A stretch of DNA of 64,000 nt from Sphyrna mokarran (lineage: Eukaryota): contig JAGIQG010000043.1 of NCBI GenBank assembly GCA_024679065.1, positions 1,364,001 to 1,428,000 on the forward strand. The letters run 5' to 3'. How positions within the stretch are numbered: position 1 is the first letter of the stretch; each line of letters opens with the position of its first letter. This document shows, piece by piece, positions 24,448-35,704 of this stretch. The translations under genes were made by a program, and so were the position numbers. The notes below the pieces were generated by a model. The model did no database searches, was not told where the DNA came from, and saw only the letters and a program-made list of their open reading frames with translations.

Positions 24448-24780
24448 CTCCAACCAGGAGTGTGTGTCCATTCGGGAACGGTGTAGTCCCAGCTATATCG
24501 AAACAGTAGTATGTACCTGAGTCATTCTCGTGGACATTGCGAATTCTCAGAAGAAAAGCATTTGCTGGCTTGCCTTTTTCAGAAATATATTTGCAGCCGG
24601 CCCCAGTACAAGATGCAGTCTTTACTCGCATCGGGGCTTCACCCAAACGCTGTTTGTACCAAACACAGTGTAACACCAAAAACACTTCAGAAGTCTCATA
24701 GTAGAACTATTCCACTGTCTGGCCCACTTCAGTTGTTCTTGTGAAGGGAATTTGAGACAGAGAGGAGTCGGATTCTGTAA
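24448..24780 (-). pseudogene. Exon 2, germline-joined VJ-type Ig domain
   Basis: Acceptor ctttctag and donor G|GTAAGA. Translation FTESDSSLSQIPFTRTTEVGQTVE*FYYETSEVFLVLHCVWYKQRLGEAP...LLRIRNVHENDSGTYYCFDIAGTTPFPNGHTLLVG contains WYKQ, DSGTYYC and a J-like F-x-x-G-x-x-L-x-V. TAG at 24707-24709; the expected B-strand Cys reads TAC (Tyr) at 24701-24703. Confidence 0.92.
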
Positions 24781-24869
24781 CTAGAAAGATTGTTGTTACA
24801 TTACCACCGATTTTGAAATACCTGAAGCGGTCTCTTCAAAAAAAAACTCGCCTGTATATAAAGCTTATC

Positions 24870-25140
24870 TTTTTCTTTACACAAGGAGGCTTACATGAAC
24901 ACTGCAATGAAGCTGTGGTGAAAATCCCCCGGTCGCCACACTTGGACGAATATTCAGGCACACGGACGGAGAATGTAGCACGGCCAATGCACCATCAATG
25001 CACGCCTTTCAAACTGTGTGCACCCGCAATAAACACACACAGATGATGTGGACCCGCACAGGCAGTGGCCCAAGCCGGGAATTGAAACTCGATTCCTGTT
25101 GCTGTGAGGGATAAGTGCTAAGCAGTGTTGCACCCTACGG
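24870..25140 (-). mobile_element. HE1-like SINE in intron 1 of the VJ-C1 gene
   Basis: Degenerate head, B-box and TTCATTGCAGTGTT tail. Confidence 0.7.
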
Positions 25141-25351
25141 CTCAATCTCATTGTTGTTTGTCATTATTGTTGGTTAAATGTATTCTTCATTTTCTGTCTT
25201 TGCCTTTTATCAGTAGAAGCAGAAAATGAATCCATATTCTCTGGTCAAATTCCTTCATCTGATCACTGGTTCACGTTTTCTCCTTAGGCAAGTCTCCTTT
25301 CTGGTTTGTAAAAGTGATATTGCTTAAAATTCCCTCCCATTTCTTACTTAC

Positions 25352-25406
25352 AGTGAAGCCATGCTACTCGGAAAATGAGTATCACAGATAAGGAGACTTC
25401 CATCAT
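25352..25406 (-). pseudogene. Exon 1, signal peptide MMEVSLSVILIFRVAWLH
   Basis: ATG at 25406, hydrophobic 18 aa, phase-1 donor T|GTAAGT at 25351. Confidence 0.8.
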
Positions 25407-25736
25407 CGTGAGACAGATTCTCTTGTATTCTGTTTGATCGGGTTCCCTCTGCAAGTACAATGGCTGCAAACTGACTTGGTATGAATCGCATTGAGTTGGG
25501 CTTGTTTCAAATTAGGTGGAAATTATGACGAGCTCTGCTGTGGAAATTATGACACCATTGTGGTGAAGTGTTCGGTTGAATACAATAGTCACATGACGTA
25601 TCTCACTGTTTGTGTGACCCGATTGGTATTATACAGATCAATAACTTTTTTTTGGAAAATAGGTCACAGTATGGCTGGGCGGATGTATGCTGAATCCTCT
25701 CGATAATACCCAACTCGGTATTAAATATTTGTAAAT

Positions 25737-25773
25737 CGTGTGTGTGTGTGTGTGTGTATGTGCTCGCGCGCGT
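25737..25773. repeat. (TG)n microsatellite
   Basis: Direct reading. Confidence 0.9.
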
Positions 25774-25799
25774 ATAATTATTAATGGATATAACCATGG

Positions 25800-26110
25800 T
25801 GAGATATTACCATTCTTAGCTGCCCAAGGACAGTTGAGAGCCAACCACATTGCTCTGGCTCCGAGGTCACATATAGGCATTACCTGCTAAGACGGCAGGT
25901 TTCCTTCCCTAAAGGGCATCAGTAAACCAGATGGGCTCTCCCTCGGTAATCGAGAAAAGCTCCATGATCATCAGTAGGTTCTTAATTCCATTTTTTTTTT
26001 ATTTTTTATTTAATTCAAATTCCATCATCTGCAAGACAAGATTCGAAACCATTGGCTGAGTTTCTCGATTAATACTCTAACGATAGTAACACAAGGCCAT
26101 CGATTCCCCA
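25800..26110 (-). mobile_element. SINE family B
   Basis: Same core as 4716-5060. Confidence 0.75.
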
Positions 26111-26484
26111 TAAATCGAAAATCAACACTGAGATGATGCTGCTGATTCAATTTTTCACACATTTATTCTGTCACCTCCCGGTCTTGTAAAATGAGCCCCA
26201 GCCTGCTTTATCCTTCCTGTGATTTATGACTTCTCAGTGCAGCTGTCCTCCTTAGAATCCTGGTTGCACCAATTCTTGTGTTACAATTTCTCTTTGCACT
26301 ACGGAAGGGTGCAGACGTGGACAGTTATGCCACTTTCGAAACCAGACGTTCTATATCAAAAAAAAACTTATCTGTTTTACATCTATATTCCCCTGCTGAT
26401 GGATTGTATTTTTCCAGTGAATTGAAGCAGCAACTTCATCAAAAACAGTCGTGCGTCAAAAAGATTCACTACAAATACACCAAC

Positions 26485-26755
26485 AGGGCGGCACAATGAT
26501 TAACAGTGCTGCCTCACAGCGCCAGGATCTAAGTTCAATTCCTGCCTTGTGTCAGTGCGGAGTTAATATGTTTTCCCCGTGTCTGCGTGGATTTCCTCCG
26601 GATGCTCCAGTTTGCTACTATAGGCCTAGTCTGGTGCATTGACAGTGTTTAAATGCGCCCTTCGTGTACCCGAAAAGGCGCCGGAGTGTGTCGATGAGAG
26701 GATTTCACAGTGACTTCATTACAGTGTTAATGTAAGCCTAATTGAGATACAAATA
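26485..26755 (+). mobile_element. HE1-like SINE
   Basis: GGGCGGCACAATG..GCTGCCTCACAGCGCCAGG head, core and tail. Confidence 0.8.
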
Positions 26756-26775
26756 TTTTTTTAAAAAACTAAATG

Positions 26776-28738
26776 CTTATGTCAGGATGAGGCTTGATGA
26801 GGCTTGAAGGCTCAGGTAGTGCAATGGATAGCTATAGATTAGCTAGGAAGGAGGTAAAAAGTGAATTGAGGAGAGCGAAGAGGGGACACGAGAAGATGTT
26901 GGCTGATAGGATTAAGGAGAATCCTAAAGCTTTCTTTCGATTTGTTAAGAATAGAAGATTGGTTAGGGCAAGATTAGGGCCAGTCATAGACAGCAGTGGG
27001 AAGTTGTGCGTGGAGCCTGAAGAGATTGGTGAGGCACTGAATAAATATTTCTCTTCGGTATTCACGCAGAGTGCTGGAAATGTAGCTGTGGAGAGCACTG
27101 AGGTACAGGGTTGCAAATTGGGGAGTATTGTAGTAGATAGGGAGGATGTGTTAGAAATTCTCGAGGGTTTGAAGTTGGATAAGTCCCCTGGGCCGGACGG
27201 GATTTACCCTAGGATTCTCTGGGAGGCAAGAGAGGAGATTGCAGAGCCTCTGGCTCTGATCTTCAGGTCCTCGTTGGTTACGGGTGTGGTTCCGGAGGAC
27301 TGGAGGATGGCGAATGTGGTCCCATTGTTTAAGAAGGGGAAGAGAGACCTTCCTGGGAATTATAGGCCAGTGAGTCTTACTTCTGTGGTGGGCAAGGTAT
27401 TGGAGAGAATTATTAGGGATAGGATTTATAGTTATTTAGAGAGAAATGAATTGATTGGGGATAGTCAGCATGGTTTCGTGAAGGGTAGGTCATGCCTTAC
27501 TAACCTCATTGAGTTTTTTGAGAAAGTGACCAGAGAGGTGGATGGGGGTAAGGCGGTTGATGTAGTATATATGGACTTTAGTAAGGCTTTTGATAAGGTG
27601 GCCCATGGAAGACTTCTACAGAAAATGCAGATGTGTGGAATAGAGGGTGATTTAGCTAATTGGATTAGGAATTGGCTGGCAGATAGAAGACAGAGGGTGG
27701 TGGTTGATGGGAGATATTCATCGTGGAGTTCGGTGACGAGTGGTGTGCCTCAGGGGTCTGTTTTGGGGCCCCTGCTGTTTGTAATTTTTATAAATGATCT
27801 GGATGAGGGTATTGAGGGATGGATCAGTAAATTTGCAGATGATACTAAAGTTGGTGGTGTGGTAGATAGTGAAGAGGGGTGTTTTAGTTTACCGAGTGAC
27901 TTGGACCAGTTGCAGAGCTGGGCCGAGAGGTGGCAAATGGAGTTTAATGTGGAAAAGTGTGAGGTAATGCACTTTGGCAGGAAAAATAAATGTGTAGAGT
28001 ATAGGGCTAATGGTAGGGCTCTTAATAGTGTTGAGGAACAGAAGGATCTTGGTGTATGTGTCAATAGATCCCTGAAAGTAGGCAGTCAAGTGGATAAAGT
28101 TGTTAAGAAGGCTTATGGAGTCTTAGCTTTTATTGGTAGGGGGATTGAATTTAGGAGCCGCAGCATCATGTTGCAGCTGTACAAAACTCTAGTGCGGCCG
28201 CACTTGGAGTATTGTGTGCAGTTCTGGTCGCCACATTATAAGAAAGATGTGGAGGCATTGGAGAGGGTACAGAGGAGGTTTACCAGGATGTTGCCTGGTA
28301 TGGAGGGCAGGTCCTATGAAGAGAGGTTGAAGGATTTGAGGTTGTTTTCGTTAGAAAGGAGGCGGCTAAGAGGGGATCTTATTGAAGCATATAAGATGAT
28401 TAGAGGTTTAGATAGGGTGGACAGTGATAGCCTTTTCCTAGGATGGAGAAAGCTAGCACGAGGGGACACAGCTTTAAATTAAGGGGTATGAGTTATAGGA
28501 CGGATATCAGAGGTAGTTTCTTTACTCAAAGAGTGATTAGGGAGTGGAATGCCCTGCCTGCAGCTGTTGTAGATGCGCCAAGTTTGGTGGCGTTTAAGAG
28601 GTTAGTTGATAATTATATGGATGAGAAGGGAATGGTTTAGTTAGGAGGGGCATTGCTTTTTATTTTGGTCGGCACAACATCGAAGGCCGAAGGGCCTGTT
28701 CTGTGCTGTATTGTTCTATGTTCTGTGTTCTATGTTCT
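26776..28738 (+). mobile_element. CR1 LINE, 5'-truncated, young (562-aa RT ORF, one frameshift near the end)
   Basis: ORF 26794..28482 with full RT motifs; CTAAAT at both ends; nearly identical to the 11371-13360 copy. Confidence 0.97.
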
Positions 28739-29879
28739 AAATTACAATCTCGTTGATGTGGAAACTACGCATGAGTTTAATGTTATTGACGTTTATAAAG
28801 TCAGGAAGGGCTTAGATGAGGTGACCAGCCAATGAGTTCTACTCAGAGTGGGAACGTTCAAAACTCGAGGGCAGAGGATGAACGTGAGAGGGAAACAATT
28901 GTAAACGGACGTGAGAGGAAACCTCCTCAGGCAGAAGGGAATGGTAATGTGGAAAGAGTTGCCAGAAAAGGTTGTTGGGGCAGAGATAACGACAACATTT
29001 TGATCAGGTATGTGAATGGGAAAGCTTTAGAGGGATCTGTGACAAACGCAGGCAAATGCGGCTACTTCAGCTTAAAAAAAAGCTGGTCGGCATCGAAGCC
29101 TGTTTGCTGTTGGCCGAAGGGCTTGTTTGCGTGCCGTATCTCTTTCTCTAATTGCGCAGTGACCTTTGCTCTATTTTTGGCAATCTACCCCAGGCTGCAG
29201 ACACTCCTCAATCTGCAATTTATAATAAATCTGACCGCAGCAAGCAACTTTGGACCTGAAGTGCCTCTACTCTTAAAACATGAAAGCCACTGTTTGCTTT
29301 TGACGACAGAATCATTTTCAATCTGAAGCATGAGGCGGTGAAGTGGTCAGAATTTTAACCAGCCATCTGCGCCCCGTAATGCGTTGTGCAGAGCCTCGAA
29401 TGGGCTGTGGGGAAGGATGTTTAGTCACTCATAGTCACAGTCAGGGCAATGCATCTCTTTGCAGCCGAGCCCTGATCTTTGTTGTTGCTTCTCCTGACTC
29501 CCTTCTTCAAGATCAAACAATGCTGCAAAATAGACAGTTGGCAAGGCTCGAAACTGTCAGCTCAATTGTGACAATGTAATTGGTGCAAAGGCAATTTCTA
29601 AGATTGTTTTTTTGTTGTTGTTCTTTGAGGCCATTTTGTCATTAACACCTTGCACCAGGCACTGCCATTCAGATTAATATAGCTCATTAATTTTGGGGAG
29701 TAAACCTCTCACCCACTTGCTGGGATCGCACTGTGTGATACCTATACATTCACACGGTAATATTTTTAACAAGGTTGCAACCTGCTAGAAATAGTTGGCA
29801 GGGGCAGAGGGGTCATGCGAATGCCAAGATATTTCCTCGGACGGTAATGGCTAACAGGAGGGTACATAGCTTTAAATTG

Positions 29880-32800
29880 AGGAGTGGTAGTTAAATTTAA
29901 ATACGGAAGCAGGAAGCAGTTTTTGCAAAGGGGCCTGGGTATTTTTTGCCCTCAACATAAATTGGATTGGTGAGGAATCCCGTTACTCTACATAGGTAGA
30001 GTATCCCATCGTCCCCCCTCCTCTAATTTAAAAATAAGATAGAGAGAGAGAGACTCAGCAAGAGCAGGTAAGTTTGTTTTTGTTTTTTGTTTGGTGAGAT
30101 GTAAGGGCTTTGGCTCTCAGGGTTTAAGCAAAAGGGTGAGGCAGGGTAAGTTTATAAGTTTTTTTTTAATTACCTTTTTCGCTCCTATATTTCTGAAAAG
30201 AGGCAATTATGATTGTGAGGCCAATATATTGTAGCCAGTGCAATAAGTGGGAGGTCCTGGAGGCTCCTGGTCTCCCAGACATCCATGTCTGTGCTCGGTG
30301 TGAGGAGCTGCGGATCCTAAGGGACCAGGTTAAGGAATTGGAACTGCAGCTCGAGGACCTTCCTCTCATTAGAGAGAATGAGAAGGCAATTGACAGGAGC
30401 TATCAGCAAGTAGTCACACCAGGGCAACGGGAGGAAGGCAAGGGGGTAACTGTTAGGAAGGGGAAAGGTGGTGTAATGGAGAGCACCCCGGTGGATGACC
30501 CCCTTCTTAGCAAGCACTCGTGTCTGAGTACTGCTGGAGGGGACAGCTCACCTGGGGGAGGCAGCAGTAGCCGCGTCTCTGGAGCTGAGCCCGACCCAGT
30601 AGTACCAAAAAGTAAAAAAAAGAAGGGCCGTGTTAATAGGGGACTTCATAGTGAGGGGGTCAGACAGGAGTTTTTGCGGAGGCAGACAGGAGTCACGGGT
30701 GGTGGTCTGCCTCCCTGGAGCTGGGATCCGCGATGTCTCTGGATGCAAACCAGATATCTTGAAAGGGGAGGGGGAGACGTCAAAGGTTGTGGTCCATATA
30801 GGGACCGCTGGTGTAGGTAGGAAGAGGGAAGGGGTCATGAAAAGGGATAATAGGGAACTGGCTAGATAGCTGAGAAAGAAGAACGCAAAGGTAGTAATCT
30901 CAGGATTTCCGCCTGCACCACGGGAAAGTGAGAGCAGGAATAGAATGACGTGGAGGGTGAATGTGTGGCTGAGAGATTGGAGCAGGGGGCAGGGGTTCCG
31001 GTTCCTGGATTATTGGGACCTCTTTAGGGGCAGGTGTGACCTGCACTTAAATCCCAGGGGTACCAGTATCTTGGCGGGAAAGCTGGGTAGGACTTCTGAA
31101 GGGACTTTAAACTAGAAAGGTTGGGGGGGAGGGAATCGAGATGAGTGCCTGGGAGCGAGGAGGTTAGCTCCCAAGTAGAGAGGATTATAGTCAATATGAG
31201 GGGGAGGTTAGACAGGTGATGGAGAAGGGAAGTGCTCAGACTGAGGGTCTGAGGTGTGTCTATTTTAATGCCAGGAGCATAGTGAATAAAGTGGATGAGC
31301 TCAGGGCCTGGATTGCTGCTTGGGAATGTGATGTGGTGGCCATTACAGAGACTTACATGTCTCAGGGACAGGACTGGGTACTTCAGGTGCCAGGATTTAG
31401 ATGCTTCAGGAAGGACAGGGACGGAGGGAAAAGAGGTGGGGGAGTGGAACCGTTGATCAGGGACAGTGTCACAGCTGTAGAGAAGGAGGATGCTGTGGAG
31501 GGACTGTCTACGGAGTCTCTGTGGGTGGAAGTTAGGAACAGTAAGGGGCCGAAAACTTTGCTGGGTGTTTTTTTTAAATTTGCTGCCCAATAGTGACAGG
31601 GATGTTGAAGTGCAAATAGGGAAACAGATCCTAGAGTGATGTAGAAATAACAGAATTGTCGTGATGGGAGACTTTAATTTCCCAAATATCGACTGGAATG
31701 TCCTCAGGGTAAGGAGTTGGGATGGTGGGGAGATTGTTAGGTGTGTTCAGGAGGGTTTGCTGGCACAGCACGTGGATAAGCCTACGAGAGGAGAAGCTGT
31801 ACTTGACCTGTTGCTGGCTAATGAACCAGGATGGGTGTCGGATCTCTCGGTAAGAGACCATCTCGGGAATGGTGATCATAATTCTATCTCCTTCACAATA
31901 GCATTGGAAAGTGATAGGATCAGGCAGGATAGGAAAGTGTTTATCTGGAGTAGGTGGAAATATGAAATCATTAGGCAGGAAATTGGAAGAGTAAACTGGA
32001 AGGAGGTGTTCTTGGGGAAAAGTACTGAAGGAAAGTGGCGAATTTTCAAGGAATGTTTGTCTGGAGCTCTGCACGACAATGTTACAGTGAGACAAGGAGG
32101 TTTTGGTAGGTCAAGAGAACCGTAGTGCACAAAAGTTGTGATGAACCTAGTTAGGAAGAAAAGAAAGTTGTACAATAGATTCAGGGAACTAGTGGATTTT
32201 AAGGATCTAGAGACATATAAGACTTGTAGAAGGGAGCTTAAAAAGAAAATTAGAAGAGCCAGAAGGGATCACGAGAAGGCTTTGGCGGGTAGGAATAAGG
32301 AGAATCCCAAGGCATTCTATAAATATGTGAAGAGTAAAAGGGTGAGAAGAGAAGGGATAGGACCTCTGAAAGGTGAAGGAGGAAAAGTCTGTGTGGAACC
32401 AGAAGAAAGGGCAGAGGTGCTTAACAAGTACTTTGCCTCAGTATTCACAGTGGAGAGTGATCTGGGAAGTTGTACTACAGGAATGTGGCAAACTGAAAAG
32501 ATTGAGTCTGGGGACATTAAGAAAGAGGAGATGTTGAAACTGTTAAATTCTACCAAGGCAGATAAATCGCCAGGTCCGGATGGGATGTACCCCAGGTTAC
32601 TGTGGGAGGTGAGGGAAGTGATTGCAGAGCCCCTGGCGATGAACTTTGCATCGTTGATGGAGACGGGAGAGGTTCCAGAAGATTGGAGGATTGCGGATGT
32701 GGTGCCTATTTTCAAGAAGGGGAATAGGGATAGCCCGGGCAATTACCAACCAGTGAGTCTGACCTCAGTGGTCAGTAAGTTGATGGAGGGGATTCTGAGA

Positions 32801-33338
32801 GATAGGGTTTAGAGAAATTCAATATGATCAGGAATAGTCAACATGGCTTTGTTAAGGTCAGATCATGCCTTACGGGCCCAGGTGAATTCTTCGAAAATAT
32901 GACTGAACACATTGACGAAGGAAGAGCAGTGGACGTGGTTTACATGGATTTCAGCAAGGCATTTCATAAGGTCCCGCATGCAAGACGTCTTGAGAAGGTG
33001 AGAGGGCATGGGATCCAAGGGGCTTTGGCCTTGTGGATCCAGAACTGGCTTGCCTGCAGCACTGCATTTGCCTGAGGAAGACACAGAGTGTTGAAAGCTC
33101 GCGTTTTTACTATCAAATAAATCAGTTGGATTATAAATTGGTGTTGCTAAATTCTTACTGAGTTCTTGCCTGCAGAAGGCAGAGAGTAGTTGCGGATGGG
33201 TCTTCTTCTGCATGGAGGTCGGTCACCAGTGGAGTGCCCCAGGGATCTGTTCTAGGACCCTTGCTGTTTGTCATTTTCATAAATGACCTCAATGAGGAAG
33301 TGGAGGGATGGGTTAGTAAGTTCGCCAAGAATACAAAG
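29880..33338 (+). mobile_element. Near full-length CR1 (5' UTR, ORF1 Zn-finger/esterase, ORF2 EN-RT), degraded, distinct subfamily
   Basis: ORFs 30209 (CSQC..HVCARC..LRDQVKELELQL), 30630 (IGDFIVRG..HIGT), 31216 (YFNARSIVNK), 31661 (MGDFNFP), 32138 and 32824. Confidence 0.93.
33060..33164 (+). mobile_element. Penelope-like element fragment with a minimal hammerhead-like motif, inserted in CR1
   Basis: CTGAGGA-hairpin-GAAAGC followed by AATAAA and GTTGGATTATAAATTGGTGTTG; 11-bp duplication CTTGCCTGCAG at 33049-33059 and 33165-33175. Confidence 0.7.
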
Positions 33339-33401
33339 GGCGTTCAAATGGTCAGTGGATAGGTATATGGATAACATTGGAATAGTTTAGGTAAGAGGGT
33401 C

Positions 33402-35265
33402 ATAGAACATAGAACACAGAACATAGAACATAGAACATTACAGCACAGAACAGGCCCTTCGGCCTTCGATGTTGCGCCGACTAATATAAAAAGCATTGCC
33501 CCTCCAAACTAAACCATTCCCTTCTCTTCCATATACTTATCAACTAACCTCTTAAACGCCACCAAACTTGGCGCATCTACAACTGCTGCAGGCAGGGCAT
33601 TCCACTCCCGAACCACCCTTTGGGTAAAGAACCTACCTCTGATATCCATCCTATAACTATCACCCCTTAATTTAAAGCTGTGTCCCCTCGTGCTAGCTTT
33701 TTCCATCCTAGGAAAAAGGCTATCACTGTCCACCCTATCTATACCTCTAATCATCTTATGTGTTTCGATTAGGTCCCCTCTTAGCCGCCTCCTTTCTAAC
33801 GAAAACAACCTCAAATCCCTCAGCCTCTCTTCATAAGACCTGCCCTCCATACCAGGCAACATCCTGGTAAACCTCCTCTGTACCCTCTCCAATGCCTCCA
33901 CATCTTTCTTATAATGCGGGGACCAGAACTGCACACAATACTCCAAGTGCGGCCGCACTAGAGTTTTGTACAGTTGCAACATGACGTTGCGGCTCCGAAA
34001 TTCAATCCCCCTACCAATAAAAGCCAAGACTCCATATGCCTTCTTAACAACCTTCTCGACTTGACTGCCTACTTTCAGGGATCTATGCACATACACACCA
34101 AGATCCCTCTGTTCATCAAGACTACTAAGAATCCTACCATTAGCCCTATACTCTACACATTTATTATTTCTGCCATAGTGCATTACCTCACACTTTTCCA
34201 CATTAAACTCCATTTGCCACCTCTCGGCCCAGCTCTGCAACTTGTCCAAGTCCCTCTGCAAACTATAACACCCCTCTTCACTATCTACCACTCCACCGAC
34301 TTCAGTGTCATCTGCAAATTTACTAATCCATCCTTCAATACCCTCATCCAGATCATTTATAAAAATTACAAACAGCAGGGGCCCCAAAACAGACCCCTGA
34401 GGTACACCACTTGTCACCGAACTCCAAGATGAATATCTCCCATCAACCACCACCCTCTGTCTTCTATCTGCTAGCCAATTCCTAACCCAATTAGCTAAAT
34501 CACCCTCTATCCCATACATCTGCATTTTCTGCAGAAGTCTTCCATGGGCCACCTTATCAAACGCCTTACTAAAGTCCATATATACCACATCAACCGCCTT
34601 TCCCCCATCCACCTCCTTAGTCACTTTTTCAAAAAACTCAATGAGGTTAGTAAGGCACGACCTACCCTTCACAAAACCATGCTGACTATCTCCAAACAAT
34701 TCATTACTCTCTAAATAACTATAAATCCTATCCCTAATTATTCTCTCCAATACTTTGCCCACAACAGAAGTAAGACTCACTGGCCTATAATTCCCTGGAA
34801 GATCTCTCTTCCCCTTCTTGAACAACGGGACCACATTCGCTATCCTCCAGTCCTCCGGAACCACACCCGTAACCAACGACGACCTGAAGATCAGAGCCAG
34901 AGGCTCTGCAATCTCCTCTCTTGCCTCCCAGAGAATCCTAGGGTAAATCCCGTCCGGCCCAGGGGACTTATCCAACTTCAAACCCTCGAGAATATCTAGC
35001 ACATCCTCCCTATCTACTTCAATACTTTCCAGTTTGCTACCCTGTACCTCAGTGTTCTCCATAACTACATTTACATCACCCTGCGTGAATACCGAAGAGA
35101 AATATTTATTCAGTACCTCTCCAATCTCCTCAGGCTCCACGCACAACTTCCCACTGCTGTCTATGACTGGCCCTAATCTTGCCCTAACCAATCTTGTATT
35201 CTTAACATATCTAAAGAAAGCTTTAGGATTCTCCTTAATCCTATCAGCCAAAGTCTTCTCGCGTC
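33402..35265 (-). mobile_element. Young CR1, 5'-truncated, uninterrupted 580-aa RT ORF, nested in a plus-strand CR1 tail (33339-33401 and 35299-35378)
   Basis: ORF 33509..35251; the host tail resumes at TCCACTGATCGGCACAACATCG. Confidence 0.97.
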
Positions 35266-35704
35266 CTCAGATTCGTTCATTAGATTCATTAGATTCGTTC
35301 CACTGATCGGCACAACATCGAGCGCCGAAGGGCCTGTACTGTGATGTAATGTTCTATGTTCTGCGTTCTATGTTCTACATCCAATTGCCAACCCGATAAC
35401 ACTCCACACTGAGTACACTGCCATGGTTAGCACTGCTGCCTCACAGCGACAGGGGCCTGGATTCGATTCCCGGCTTGGGGCACTTTCTGTGAAATGTTTG
35501 CATATCTCCCCGTATCTGCGTGGGTTCCTGAAATCAATGACAATAAATCAGCCATTGATTACTGCAAATAAATAAATCATGAGATTGGAATGTTAACCGC
35601 ACAAACCAGAAATGACCGCGGAAATTGTTGCAAGGCTATATACCATGGGAATAGTTTTGGGAATGAACTGATTTTGAGATGGTCTCAAACATAAAGAGAC
35701 TATA

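Larger units (their letters stand above)
7383..25406 (-). pseudogene. Non-rearranging antigen-receptor-like gene (L-VJ-C1-TM-cytoplasmic, 8 exons; PRARP/VJ-C1-like), pseudogenised
   Basis: Eight exons of 55+333+318+102+31+53+50+75 = 1017 nt join in frame (339 codons including stop), with intron phases 1,1,1,1,2,1,0. All splice sites are GT-AG except the C1 acceptor (GG). In-frame TAG in the V exon. Confidence 0.88.

Noticed and set aside
24664-24683. CACAGTG heptamer with a nonamer-like ACCAAAAAC inside the V exon, and many CACAGTG elsewhere
   Set aside because: Spacer is 4 nt, not 12 or 23; other heptamers are part of the SINE consensus. No true RSS was found.
24049-24780. Calling the VJ-C1 gene an Ig light chain, TCR or IgNAR
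   Set aside because: The C1 exon splices to a TM and a long tail (not IgL), the TM has no charged residues (not TCR), and there is a single C1 with VL-like spacing (not IgNAR).
26794-35251. Long 562-aa and 580-aa ORFs as host genes or a prokaryote-style RT system
   Set aside because: Ordinary 5'-truncated CR1 ORF2 copies lacking the endonuclease.
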